From Phoronis australis (lineage: Eukaryota > Animalia > Phoronida), in assembly GCA_002633005.1 (NCBI GenBank), contig NMRA01000008.1:270156-334155 (forward strand): DNA of 64,000 bases, read 5' to 3'. Positions 49,701 to 61,879 of this stretch are shown piece after piece. The notes beneath the pieces were generated by a model. It had not been told where the DNA came from and made no database searches. It saw only the letters and a list, made by a program, of their open reading frames with translations. The translations under genes and the position numbers were made by a program. Positions within the stretch are counted from its first letter, which is position 1, and each line of letters opens with the position of its first letter.

Positions 49701-52700
49701 CACAATGTATCGGAAAACAGGAATTCCATCTCGTCAAATTTCTTAGTACCAAAATGAACAATTTAAAATGAAATTCTGCGTCATGACAACACAATATATT
49801 CTGCATGACTGTCAAAAACACTAGGAAGTTTGGATTCTTTGTAACAAGATAGTAACTTTTTTTTCAATGAAAAATAACTGTTTTGGCAACTATGTTTGAG
49901 TAAAATAAGTGAAACGCTAGCGCCAGCTTCAGCAACAGTGGCATGCTGCGGAACTATTAATAAGCAACGCTCGATGCAACAATTAGAAAGGACTGGCCAA
50001 GAGAAAAATGTTATACAGAGTGATGAATTTCAAACTTTATAATTAGCATTTTGGTTAATTATGACATGCCATGCGATGTAACTTAAATGTCTACCGCTTC
50101 CATGGTATTCGTGATACACTGAAATTTACACGAGTTACTTTCATTGTAAACCATTGTAGAGTCAAGACGGTGCATATGCGTTTGCAGGCCATCACATTGA
50201 TGTGTCGCGGATGGCGACAAGATAAAACACGTAGCAACGGACAGAAAACAGTAATTTTCAAAAAATGTCAAACATCTTTTTGTTGGAAAATAGACAAAGT
50301 GTTAGATAGTAATTTTTAGCAACATGAATTTTGTAAACATTTGTCCTTAATTTGTAACCAATTTCCTTCAACAACACTTAAGATTATGTAGGACCTTACA
50401 GGCTTGATTGTGTAAGTAGCAAAAAATATTTACAAAATGTATTTTACTGAGTTAAAATCTCCAATTTTCTTAAAGAAGAAAGCCTGTAGAATTCCGTTTT
50501 TGACTTTTAACCAATCTGACATTAGTTGGGTGACATGACCGTGTCTTTTTTTAGTAAAGATTAGCAAAAAATGAGAAGTACCATATTAGCAACAGTATCA
50601 ATAACATAACCAGTTTCATTTGATATACAATATTTAAGATGAAAATCTCAAAAATGTTCTTACAGTTTTCTAAATCGTCATTCCGGTTTCATTTTATGCG
50701 ACCATAGGTTTTCATAAAAATTCTATTTTTGATATGCGAAAGTGGAACACTACCAAACAATTTCTAATACTGTTTTGGAGAATAGTTCCATGTGAATCCT
50801 ATCGGCCGTTTTTGAGAAACGATGTTCCAAATTTAGTCAAATATGGGCATTTTGCTAGGATACGAGAAAAGTTTTCAAAAAGGATTGTTTTGAGAGCTAC
50901 TGCGTATTGAAAAAATCTCACTAAAGCAATAAATCAAAATTAAGGAATGTGACACGACAAAATTAAACACACTAAACTATTTCCTCCTAAGTTTGCCTTG
51001 ATGGAGCATAAGTATTAACCTCAAATACCGTTTAACCAATACTTCTAAATCAAAACAACCTATAGCAAAGTGACAACAAAAAAACGGCAACCATGCTAAA
51101 AATCGAATTAAAACGCAGCTTACAGAAAGAAAACAATGTCTGATCAAAACATCAAACATAAAACAGACGTCAATTATTATGGCCCATTAATGCTGTATTT
51201 AACTTACTTGGTTGCCGTGGCAATGAGACAGTCGCCCGACTGTGTGAACTCTTGTCCAGCAATATGTCATCCACAGAGTGCAACCTTGGTCTCTCCGTCG
51301 TCCGTGACGGAGCTGGCAAAGAACAAGAACATCATTCAGTAAAACAAACAAAAATAAATAATATTTCACTTGCTAAATACAAACGTGATCACATGAACAC
51401 TTTCGCTTTTCATCCGTTTTTTTTCTAAATTTCGCACAGGTTCACTAATTTCTTTGTGCAGGGCTACACGGCTCGTTAATCCCAGTGTTCTTAATGATCA
51501 ATCTTATCACGTGCCATAAGTTTGGTCAGCTCTCAGCTCTCACAGGCTGATGACTGTCATGTGTATTTAGGAAATTTTCTATGCTTGTAAACTCACATGT
51601 TTCAGTTCAGTTTCCTTGTATCTACTACGTAGACGTACATGTCCAAATATTCGTCAATTTTACACACCCACTATATTCGCCCCTCACTTTTGGCTCTGTC
51701 TTGTACCTCTGAGTTGAATTTTTTATTGCCTTTCTTTCCAGAGACTATTCTTTTATACCTACATTTAATTTTCATTCATTATTTGTACTTGTATTTTGTC
51801 ATAATAAATGACTTAATTTTGCTATCTTCGGTCTCCTTTTCATCTCTGACAACGAGCTTATGACGCAGGTTGATGTCGATCGTAAAAGGAAATTTACACT
51901 TCAGTGCAGTGACAATTAGATGCAAGCTTTCACACATCATCTCAACAATCCCAAGGGTTCACAACCATTTTCCAGACCACGTTTTTCTAAAAAAAATTAC
52001 GTGACTGTTCAGCTGCTTGGTCAATAACTTGTACAAGTCCCATGTCAAGGCCAACTGGAACATAATTTATACACTAGACAAGTTTCATACTCCTGGCTTG
52101 AACATTCAGTACAAGCTGATGGGTAATCTGCGACAGATTAAGTAAGATGCCAGCTTGTTAAAACTATAACTTCTCTCAATTATACAGATATAAGCCATCA
52201 CAGACGGCAAAACGTTGCTTTTAAATCTAATATGATCTGTACTATAGCTGGAGTTTGTTTTTATCCAGTGAAATATTCTCAAAATTTACAATTATCTAGA
52301 CAACTGGAGATTCCCATTTAAGTTTTGTCATGCTTTAACCACATATTTTCGCTGTTTTGCTGATGCACGCTGTTGTAAGCTAATTAAAATTTGGCGATGT
52401 CGAACCAGCACAGAGGCTCACAAAAGAATATCTATGTTACAGAGACATGCTCTGCAAGAAAAGTAATTTTACACATAAGCAGCAGCGCAGAATTGAACCC
52501 AATAGCTTTGCAGTAGCAGCCGAATGCTCTGCCACTGAGCCAAATCTCACGGGATAACTAACCGAGTATTTTTAAGCCTTAATAAATTGTAAATACACCG
52601 GCCGATGTCTAGCAGACGATGACAAAAATTGGTGATATGTAATAACAGCACAAAAACACAACATAGTTTGTGATTATAATAGCTCTGATCAAAACTAAGT

Positions 52701-55700
52701 ACTTAATCCTTAAATCTATCCCAAAAATAATCCAAAAAGCATTTTTTGGCTATAAAACCGATAATTCCGATTTAGATCAAAGAACTAAGGCATACCCATA
52801 ATGTCAAGAATGACTCTTGTCTAACTTACAAGCAAACACTGGGTTGTCGTATCTCGTCGCCAGGTGGGGCTCTTTATTGGCCGCGGGTGTGCGTGAGGCA
52901 CTGCGAGGGTCCAACGTTCGTGTCTTGACCTCTTCAACTTCTCCCTCTAACTTCTCCAGCATGACCTAAAGTCGACAGTGAGAACTTGAAGTGTTGGATA
53001 AGATGAATAGCTAAATTCTAATACCAGAGCCCTTGCTCTTCTGAGGGGAAAGGTGCCTGTGTTTCTCGAGAAGGGTAATGTTTTGGTTGAGGAGAAAATC
53101 ACCTTCCCCCACTCTCCAGTTGCCAATCCTTGGTAAGGCCTGAAGAAGCCATAACTAACATTATTCAGAAGTGATTGTAACTTTGAGGGAACTTTTTAAT
53201 CCCTGAAGGAGAATGTTTTGGCCTGTGAATTTCGCGTGCTTTTTGAATATTCTCCAGGAGGAATCAAGGGCCAACATCAGCACCAAAATCGAGGCATCAA
53301 GTACCGTGCCTGTCCTATCTGATTCAAAAGTATAATCCAGAGAAAAAACCATGAACGCCAACAGTATCAGAAATATAAACAAGATCTCAACTTGACACTC
53401 CCACAACACAAAACACCATTTTGAAAGTGATAAGCAGCAGAACACACAAGAAAGTGTCAGCAACTATCCCTCCCTTTATCACTTGGTAATAAGGTCTGGG
53501 GCCCGGAGCGTCACGCACCTAGAATGCCTCCCATCACATCTCGCCTATTTGGGAATTTTTCCCACAGCACTTAACTACAGATACAGGGACTGACAAATCA
53601 GATGTCTACTACCCACCTTAGCCATAGCTGAATCCTTGATTTTGGTCATTTCATCGATCTCCTTCTTCAGTTTGGGGTCAACGGGTACACGGATGTCATC
53701 GTCGCCCTCATCCTCAGACTCACCACGGCTCCGCCTCCTCTCACGCACTGACAGCGGATGAAAGAAATGTGATGTGACATGGTCTTGAATAAGACATAGC
53801 AAGGATAACTTCAGGTCAAACACTAAGGACGTCATTAAAAATCTCTATTCAGGGCTAGATTTGTTGCCGCAAACCTGGGGAGCATTAAGTAAACCTAGTT
53901 TCTCATGAGAAAAGCAAGATATCACAAGACCTCGCAAAATCCCGCAAGAGAAAGACGAGTGTTTTGTAAGTATGCTCAGGAACTTACAGACCTATCCAAA
54001 CAAAATGGCAGCCACTGAAGTGATTAGTCAGTGAAGTTGGAGTGTTGAATTGTGGGATTGAATTCATAATGTAGAATTTGGTATTCCTGTTCCATAAACG
54101 ACGTAAATGCAAGCTAATTCCCAGTTCCACAATTGAAATTTCTTTTATCGTGAGTGTAAACTAACATCTTGAGGTCTATGGAACTCAGCCCTGATTGAAT
54201 TAAATTTCAAGTTGGCATTTTGACTTAAATTAGCAATCACTATCTGTCATTCAACTGCCAATACCTGAGCCCAGGATCTAATTTCTGAACACGTCACATG
54301 ATTTGAATGCAAATTTGTAAGTTTAATCAAAGCGCGGCATGCCAATAGTTAATTTTGGACTTGAGTTTTGAGTACAAAGATTAAATCCCGGGCTTTGATA
54401 AGTGCTTCCTTGGACGGTAACCTGTGGTAAAATTTCTTCAATTCAGGGTACAATTTGGCAGAAAGATGGAATTTCGCTGTCAAATGTTTCGACAGAGATG
54501 CAGAGGAGTTTTGCTTCATTGTAGGCCAGGTTGATACAACACTTGGTGAAATTTTGAATAATTGCAGTAATGTATCAAGCCCTTGAAAATGGAGCGAGAG
54601 CAACACAGAGCATTGAAATACGCCCATGACTGACACCACAAATGGTGTTGCTTCTAGGGGTACTTATTTGTATTATAAAAATCAGGGCTTGGAATGACCA
54701 ATGACAAAAAACGCGGAAACTTTGAAACTTTCACGGCTGACAATTTACGTTCCTCCGAACATAAAGAGCAACTTCCGCTTTTCGAGGTGAACGTCGTCTG
54801 CAACGCCGCGGTAACAAAAGGAATTTGCCGAGGAAATTTTATATCAAATCCGATTTTTTTACGCGGAAATATTATAAAAAAAGCGGAAAGCACATTTGAA
54901 AAAAGCGGAAATCCGCGTTTCCGCGGAAAATTCCAAGCCCTGAAAAATGGCCATTAGATGACACAGAATACATTAAACCCAACCAAAAATGGGAAGGTGT
55001 CGTCTCTCAAAAAATAATTAAAATGGCCACTAGTTAGTGCATACGTCGAATCCACCACTAAAAGGAAAGGTGCTGTCACTTTCATAACAAAAACTTGTTG
55101 GTCAAATTTCATGAAAAAGCATAAAGGAACTATGAAGTTACAGAGGCGAAAAATAAAATTGCCTTCAGGGAGCACAGCTGTAGTTGGATTGGTCTGAAAC
55201 TCACCGTCATCTCTTGCCATCTCCATAGGATCATATCTGCTAAATTTCACAGAGATCTTACAAAGGGTAAAGGAGACTCAGCCGTGGACGCAAAAAAATA
55301 AAATTACCGCTAGGGGACACAGTGGTAGTCGGATCCATCCAAATGTCGCTAATATGTCAACTTTAAATAAATACACTTGCCAAATTTAATAAAGATCCTG
55401 CAGAGGGTTTGTAGGATTCAGTCATAGATGCAAAAAGACTGCCACTGTGAGGCGCCACAGTAGTTTGAGATGTTCAAAAATAATCATCAGCCATCCTCTT
55501 CACAATAGAAACAGACGTTAAAAACAGACTAGACAGCAAGAATGGCCACTAGATGATACGTCGAATCCACCCGAAAACGGGATCATGTCATCATTTCTTT
55601 AATAGAAAGTTATTTACCACATTTAATAAACATCCATCAAGGAAGTTCAAAGAAACATAGAAAAAATGAAATTGCCATTAGGGGGCACAGCATTCATCGC

Positions 55701-58700
55701 ATCCGTCTGAAAGTCGTCGTCCATTGCCAACTTCATATAAATAACCTTGCCAGATTTAATAAAGATCCTGCAGAAGGTTTAGGAGATACAGCCATGGGCA
55801 CAAGGAGGCACCACAGTAGTCAAAGTCACCAGCTGTCCTCTTAACAGTAAGAATATATTTGAATAGTTTCACAGTCATTCTTAGAGTGGTTTGGTTGATA
55901 AAGGGGCGGACTTGAAAACAGCGAAAATGACCATTAGGTGGCACAAATTACCTTGAATCCATCCGCAAACGGGAAGGTATCGGGATCTCACTAATAGATA
56001 CCTATTTGCCAAATTTCTGAAATCTTATGAGTACCTTTGAAGATACAGAAGTAAATGTAAAAAACTAAAATTGCCATTAGGGGGCACATCGGTAGTTACA
56101 TCCATCCCAAAATTCGCTCATGCCGTCTCATCCGTGAAAGGATGTGCAAAACTTTATGAACGTAAATCAAAGGGTTTTGCAGATAGAGCTGCGGACACCG
56201 GATGCAGGACAGACCAAGGCCGGACGAACGAACAGACAGGGATGACGACATAATAATGATAACTTCAATAATTGTTTTTTTCCGGAAGCTAAGAATTTCA
56301 CCATAATTCTTGTTCCAGTTAAGCAACAAAATGGTCAAGCTCAGAAATTGATTTCAACAGAATTTAATTATGAACTGCAGCATTAAGAAACACAAAACCA
56401 AACTTACAGCGTTCTCCCAGCACAGCTGCTGGTGACGGCGGGGCTGGCCAATCATCACGTTCGATTTTTGTCAGCTCGTTAGGTTTAGGAGGATTCGCAC
56501 CAGGAAACTGCGACAATTTGATTGGCTCTTCATTCTTGAGTACGGCCCCCCGAGCTGATTTGCTCGCCTCTCGAATCTGTTTTCTTTGGATGCTATCTGA
56601 AATTGAGGAAGGTAGACAATAGACAGCTGAAACACAATACTTTACCGCGATCAATATCTGTTGACACAGAAGACTTAGAAGCAAACTTCAGACTACATTT
56701 TACAACACTCAGTCTAGATAAATCAGTGCAAGGCTTTTCAAACCATTGTTTTTTATTCAGTCAACAGTGTTACAATTAACATCTGGTTTTCACAGAGTAG
56801 AAACAGAACAGTTATCTATTCAATAGCCTTTAAAGTGAGGTTTATTACCTTTCTGAAGGCGTTTTCATGGTTAGTTTGGAATGTTTTACTTTGAAAGATA
56901 TTTTGAATCTTGAAACGTCACTGTAAACAAGTCGCACAGTGCAAACACTACGTGGTCTGATCGACTGTATCGCTGTTTCACTATTGCTATAACCCATTTC
57001 TGGAACCACTGCTCAAATCAAATGGTAAATTTATGTGTACGTAGGGTGACAATGAAAATTGGGGGGTACCTCAGCCAATGAGCAGTTACAGAATGGAAAA
57101 ACAAGATAACTAAGTTTCAGAACTTGCTCAGTGTCACACTTGAGGAATTGTTATTTTTATCAATTTCATTTTCAAGGAAATCGACTAAAAAGGTTAAAAA
57201 ATATTCTTAGTCAACAAGAAATGCCAAACTGACAAAAAAAACATAAAAAGATAACATCACTATATAAGAAAGTTGCAATCTGACATGGCTTCAAGCGCCA
57301 TCTCTGGTCCTTCTTTGATGTCCGCCAATGGTTGAAGTAGACTACACCGCAAAGATTCAAGATAGGGTCGTAAAACTGCCAGCCTGCAGCTACCAAAAAT
57401 TCTGAACAAGTGATCTCTATCTGAGTCAATAATGAACATCCATGCATCTGTGAAGCCATGACTTTCAAGCGTCAAAATGTGACCGTGAACATGGTGGTAA
57501 ACAAGGTACTGTCAACAAAGATAAAAGGAACTTACTGACTAAAGCACCCATCATGCCACCTGAAAATAATAACAATAATTTCAATTAATCAAAATTGAAT
57601 AAATAACAACTAGTCATTTGAGCAATTGAGGGAAAGCGAAGTTTAGTGAGTTCATTGAGGGTCCTCGTGGAAAGAAGTGCTGACTGAGCTGTGATGAGGT
57701 GACCCCGAATAAATACAAAAGTCCTAAGCTAAATGTAACTGGCGTTTTGCAATAACCAAACATTGAAGAGTGAAAATTTAAATGTTGACTTCTGTTTGGC
57801 ACAACTGGGTGGAGCTGGAAAGCTTCAAGGAATACTAAGTTCCAGTTGAACGTAATAAAATCACACAAAGCAGTGTTGAACCTCGGCAAGACCGAGACGG
57901 TTCGCTATCTAAACCCTCACACAGTGCAAGTGACTACAACCACCACCGCAACTCAATGATTAGACACAAATTACGAAGGTAAAGAGAACACAAATTCTTC
58001 CCCAAGCCACCAGAGGCAGCCTCAGTAGTGGCTGCATTGAAAGATGCCACCTAAGACAGCGAAATGCTTTATAACTTGGAGTCACTCGGTGGCGGCATTT
58101 AAAAAACAATGAAAAAGCACCACAAGCTATTAAGCTACCCTAGGCATAGCTGATAATAGCTAAGCTCTCTAGAAAAACATGAGCATAAAAAGCACGAAAA
58201 AAATAAAAACCTTGACTTGACGTCGGCGATCGCACATCTGTGAACAAGACGGGGGCGGAAATGAAAAGAAAAGCATCAAAATGAAGCATGGTCAAGCATG
58301 AACAATGTGCAGTAGTAACGTTTAACAAAGAATAATTGTGACTAACGATAACGATAACAATAGCAATAACACACAATAACGGGTCAATGAGTAAAGCTCT
58401 AGGAAATCTTAAATAGAAAGTAAGGCTTCTAAGGCATTTTATGCCGAGGACCGCTTCTCAACGCATGCTTTGGCACGTTGCAAAAGATTTTGTTTAACCG
58501 GACTGTCTCGCACATAAACAACGGAATGTAGTGTTGATTTAGTATTTTGAACTGAGGATCACGTAGCTGAATCAGTGGAAATAGAAGAGCATTTTCTAAA
58601 TCGCAGATAAATGTTTACTTTGGTAAACAAAATTTGTTTAAGAAATTGTCACCAACATAAATAAATGTAAAAATCACTTGTGCTTGACCATATGGGCAGA

Positions 58701-61700
58701 TAAGGAAGTTTCATTGGCCAATCACAAAGTGCGAGAAACGAGTACACTTAGTGGATACAAACGGTTTATACAAACAACGTGACAGAATCTAGACACAGTC
58801 TAGTGGTGCACTCGAACACGCGCTAACGACTCTAGCTAATTATCTAGCGCACAAATTAAGGCAAATTTATTACTGATAACTGAGGCAGTGACTAAGCAAA
58901 GTCTTAACCACATTCCACAAACGATTTGGTTGCTTGTCGTTCTGAAAGACTCAAGCAATACGCAATTTTCCATCAAAGAAAAATTTTGCCCTCTCGAGTA
59001 AAAATCCATACGAGACTAAGAACTGACACCAACATCTTACTGCATTCTAACAAAATGTAGAGCTGAAAATCTGACAAGACGCATTGTGTACGATCTGAAG
59101 TTCACTGCACTCAGGTAGACCAATTAAAACCATGTGATGAGAGTTTAATCCAATAAATAACTGTCCGATAATAGACACATAAATTCAACATCTATTCATT
59201 AATTACGCATTTTCGAACATATATTTGGTCATTGTCAAGGACAAAACTAAAGTGATAACAATGCATGAAAAATACGACGCACTAAGATTGAATAACCACG
59301 TGTGCTTATAACAGGAACATCAAAGAGATACGGGTTAGAGCAACATCTGGTGTCAATCGCCAAAACTAACTAAGGATTGAATACATAGACCCATTATGAG
59401 TAAGAAATTAAAAAATGCACTATTTACACAACTCAAAAATGAAGCTGAGATCTGTGCCGTGCATATTTAATGCTGGCTTTTCAAATTTTATGACTATGGC
59501 TTCTAACATGTGTAACCACACTACACTGAGACTTCAGGTTATTTATCATAGCAAATTATAAGCACACATGACAGTTATTCAATCCTAGTGCGTTGCGTTT
59601 TTCGCACGCTTCTACCATTTTAGTGCTGTCCTTGAGAACGAAAAAACGTAAGTTTGATGATCCGGAATTAATACCTCGATGTTGAATTTATACGGTTTAA
59701 CGTCCTCTAAGTCTACGACCTCCAGTCACAAAGTTTTATGTCGCCTGCTTGAACGTAATGAACTCAACATCAAACGCAGTGCATCTTGTCAGATGTTCAA
59801 CACTAAGTGCTCGAAAGAAAGACTGTTACCAAAACACTTTAACAAAGATACAAAAAGGTGAGGTTTCAGTGCACGTAAACAGTCAGTAAAAGTTCAGAAT
59901 TTCAAAACTGTCAAGCGAGATCAAAGTAGGAAGCACTCCCTCAAGTGCCAGATGTGTATTATTCCAAGGAAGTGCGCTTGGAGGATTAGTTCAATCCAGA
60001 TGACTATAGACGATTAGGAACTTCTAGCAACTACTCAATCGATATTCCATTACAGTGTTTTACATCATCAGCCACCACTCATGTCTCTCAGACCAGACAA
60101 GAGTACTAAACCGTTGTGGATTCACGGTGGCCCTAGTAAGTCCTAAGTAGATAATAATCTTCTTTGCACTATGTCTCCAAATCGATCAATACCTCAGTCC
60201 CATACAGTATCCTAATAGTATCGAGGCTTAAAATTTTCTTTAATCTGCTATGAACCATTTTGTGGGGTTAAAAACGTTGTTAAAAACACCGATTTGCTTC
60301 ACAGATGCGTTTCCTCTTCTAAAGCGGTCGTGTTCTTATGCTTTGTTTGAATTGAAGTAATGGTTACAAGAATGGAATTGCCCCTGGCAGCAAAAATGGT
60401 GTTGTGGCTGAGACTCAGCCACTATGACCAGTGCCAAACGTTAATGACCTGTCACTTCATGCCAAGCCTTGGAAACCTGAGCAAGGAACAAACTGAGACT
60501 GATTTTAGAACAGTCCTGACCTAAATCATGATTTTTGACAGAAGGTTCAGGTTTAAAGCTGCTTAAAGTTAATTCTGAGGAAAATGACTTTATAATTTGT
60601 TATAGATTGTTTTTTACACATTTCGCACAAAAATTGCCAAAATTGACGTTTTTCTATTTCTCAAGGGCTTAAAACAATTTTGCTACAAATAATGAAAATT
60701 TGATCATGAGTGATATTATGGCCTATCATAGCGAAAACCTAGCCAATAGCAGTCAAAGCAAAGAGAAACTGCAAAAAATTTCGTGTTATGAGCTAAAACA
60801 GCCAAATATTTACCTATTCAGTACTGTGTGAGCATTTTAGCCAATATATGATTGAGTAAAAGAGCCCTTAGTTAAATTCTGACTATTTTCAGCAGTTATA
60901 ACTTTTTAGAAAAATGAACAAATGACAACTGTTTTTATCTAATCTGAACGCTCTTCAAGTAAATCCAGGAGGGCATTGTAATTTCTGGGTATCGTACTTT
61001 TTCACTAGATTAGTAATAATCTTCAATGACATATCTCGCAATAATTATTCATTAAAAAGACATTAAATCCCTCATTCAGGTTTCAATCAATTCTCGTTCT
61101 GTCCCCTGCTAATGCATCGCTGGCCTCTCAGTTGAGTTACAGAAGCAGGATTCAACTTAAAAGACTTCTATACTCAGGGAGTCACAGAATTTACATCACG
61201 ACTCTTGGTGGGTGGTCTTTCCATGCAGTTATCACATAACTTGCCAAACTAACACACTTTGTAAGGAGTTTTTAACTTGTACCAAACTCTTGAGATAGGT
61301 TTGTTGGTTATAGAGCATTGGAACTGGATGTGAATGTTTAAATGGCCAACAATTTAATTATACCCAATGCGATCACATCCTGATGTCACCAATACACCAC
61401 GAGAGGCACTCTCACACATTTTGAGCTTCTGGGAACTTTAAGTTTATGAGTTTACTAAAGCATCTTTATTTAACTCAACAATTAATCGGGGTAATTCCTT
61501 GACATGGTAAACATTCTTCGACATTGGACAAAAATAAACATGAAGAAAGCTTTCCATCGTTAACAGCACAATTGCACAATTTTCATTCAAAAACAAGATT
61601 TGCCAAAAAATGAGTTCTTATAACTAAGAAATAACCTTTAAAAAAAGGAATAATCAAAATTTTAGCAATTCATTTGAGGAAAATTAAACGATATCTTTTT

Positions 61701-61879
61701 TATGTATGGACATCACACTAACTACAAGCTCTGGCTCCGGGACATTAACAACTGATCAGCAGCAGTAGCAGTATTAGCATGAGCTAGAAACACATGCCAT
61801 TCTCTTCAACAAAGCTTTAACTGTATACCTGTCTTCTTTGTCTTGCCATACTGCGGAGAAGACTTGTACGAAAATCCCT
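41995..61879 (-). CDS. ABLIM: Actin-binding LIM protein (ABLIM/UNC-115)-like, 3' part; LIM domains are presumably beyond the window. Exons: 61829-61879, 58211-58237, 57536-57559, 56408-56596, 53617-53747, 52830-52965, 51208-51312, 48330-48424, 47683-47770, 46234-46274, 44889-44945, 44176-44307, 43212-43283, 41995-42108
   Basis: Phase-consistent GT-AG chain. Motifs [34 protein letters not shown] and [32 protein letters not shown] are typical of UNC-115/ABLIM. The chain ends in a villin headpiece, VPYEDLK...[47 protein letters not shown]. Confidence 0.9.
43212..43283 (-). CDS. ABLIM: ABLIM-like exon (headpiece N-terminal part)
   Basis: [24 protein letters not shown]; ttacag acceptor, gtgagc donor. 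Confidence 0.92.
43660..43714. repeat. (CA)n microsatellite
   Basis: Direct reading; (UG)n on the ABLIM-like pre-mRNA. Confidence 0.95.
44176..44307 (-). CDS. ABLIM: ABLIM-like exon
   Basis: [44 protein letters not shown]; 132 nt, phase 0-0. Confidence 0.8.
44889..44945 (-). CDS. ABLIM: ABLIM-like small symmetric exon
   Basis: [19 protein letters not shown]; 57 nt, phase 0-0; gtgtag acceptor, gtaaat donor. Confidence 0.7.
45851..46090. mobile_element. Second copy of the ttccaagaaactgac MITE family
   Basis: tgttccaagaaactgactcaag ... aagtcagttttcttggaacg inverted ends. Confidence 0.55.
46234..46274 (-). CDS. ABLIM: ABLIM-like 41-nt exon
   Basis: ttctctctgtttcag|AC ATG CAC TTG AGT GCT TCG TTA GAT CCC GAC ACA TTC AAG|gtgagt; supplies the phase 1 to 0 change the exon chain needs. 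Confidence 0.75.
47683..47770 (-). CDS. ABLIM: ABLIM-like exon
   Basis: [29 protein letters not shown]; only one frame is open; phase 0 to 1. Confidence 0.75.
48330..48424 (-). CDS. ABLIM: ABLIM-like exon
   Basis: [31 protein letters not shown] (KSSTLP resembles the ABLIM KT.SLPGYG motif); phase 1 to 0. Confidence 0.82.
51208..51312 (-). CDS. ABLIM: ABLIM-like exon
   Basis: [35 protein letters not shown]; completes the ASPSR motif across the junction. Confidence 0.85.
52480..52545 (-). mobile_element. tRNA-derived SINE head or tRNA pseudogene
   Basis: Minus strand tggctcagtggcagagcattcggctgctactgcaaagctattgggttcaattc has A-box and B-box, but the stems are broken. Confidence 0.5.
52830..52965 (-). 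CDS. ABLIM: ABLIM-like exon
   Basis: [45 protein letters not shown]. Confidence 0.9.
53617..53747 (-). CDS. ABLIM: ABLIM-like exon
   Basis: [43 protein letters not shown] (resembles the EEL.KI.SG.GK motif of UNC-115/ABLIM). Confidence 0.88.
53900..54070 (+). repeat. Dispersed repeat family with core caaaatgg..gccactgaagtgat...gttgaattgtgggattgaa; other copies at about 7670-7815 (+), 46680-46845 (-) and 4100-4230 (+, diverged)
   Basis: Shared core visible in each copy. Confidence 0.65.
54683..54942 (-). mobile_element. Internally deleted copy of the same CAGGGCTTGGAAT MITE
   Basis: Same TIRs; exact 6-bp target duplication AAAAAT; 260 bp versus 498 bp. Confidence 0.85.
54945..56260 (+). repeat. 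Degenerate tandem-unit repeat element (units with aaattgccattagggggcacag..atccatcc..ttgccaaatttaataaagatcc); a related reverse-orientation tract lies at about 20250-21215
   Basis: Motif recurs near 55155, 55305, 55670, 55930 and 56070, and ends in a ggacgaacgaacagac microsatellite-like tail. Confidence 0.6.
56408..56596 (-). CDS. ABLIM: ABLIM-like exon
   Basis: [62 protein letters not shown]. Confidence 0.92.
57536..57559 (-). CDS. ABLIM: ABLIM-like 24-nt microexon (GGMMGALV)
   Basis: ttattttcag|GTGGCATGATGGGTGCTTTAGTCA|gtaagt; symmetric phase 1. Confidence 0.65.
58211..58237 (-). CDS. ABLIM: ABLIM-like 27-nt microexon (DVRSPTSSQ)
   Basis: Long pyrimidine/UGC tract, then cacag|ATGTGCGATCGCCGACGTCAAGTCAAG|gtttt; symmetric phase 1; weak donor. 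Confidence 0.55.
61829..61879 (-). CDS. ABLIM: ABLIM-like 51-nt exon ([17 protein letters not shown])
   Basis: ttcattgcag acceptor, gtatac donor; symmetric phase 1, compatible with the downstream exons. Confidence 0.6.

Noticed and set aside
52480-52545. Functional tRNA gene
   Set aside because: A and B boxes are present but the acceptor and anticodon stems do not pair; better explained as a SINE head or pseudogene.
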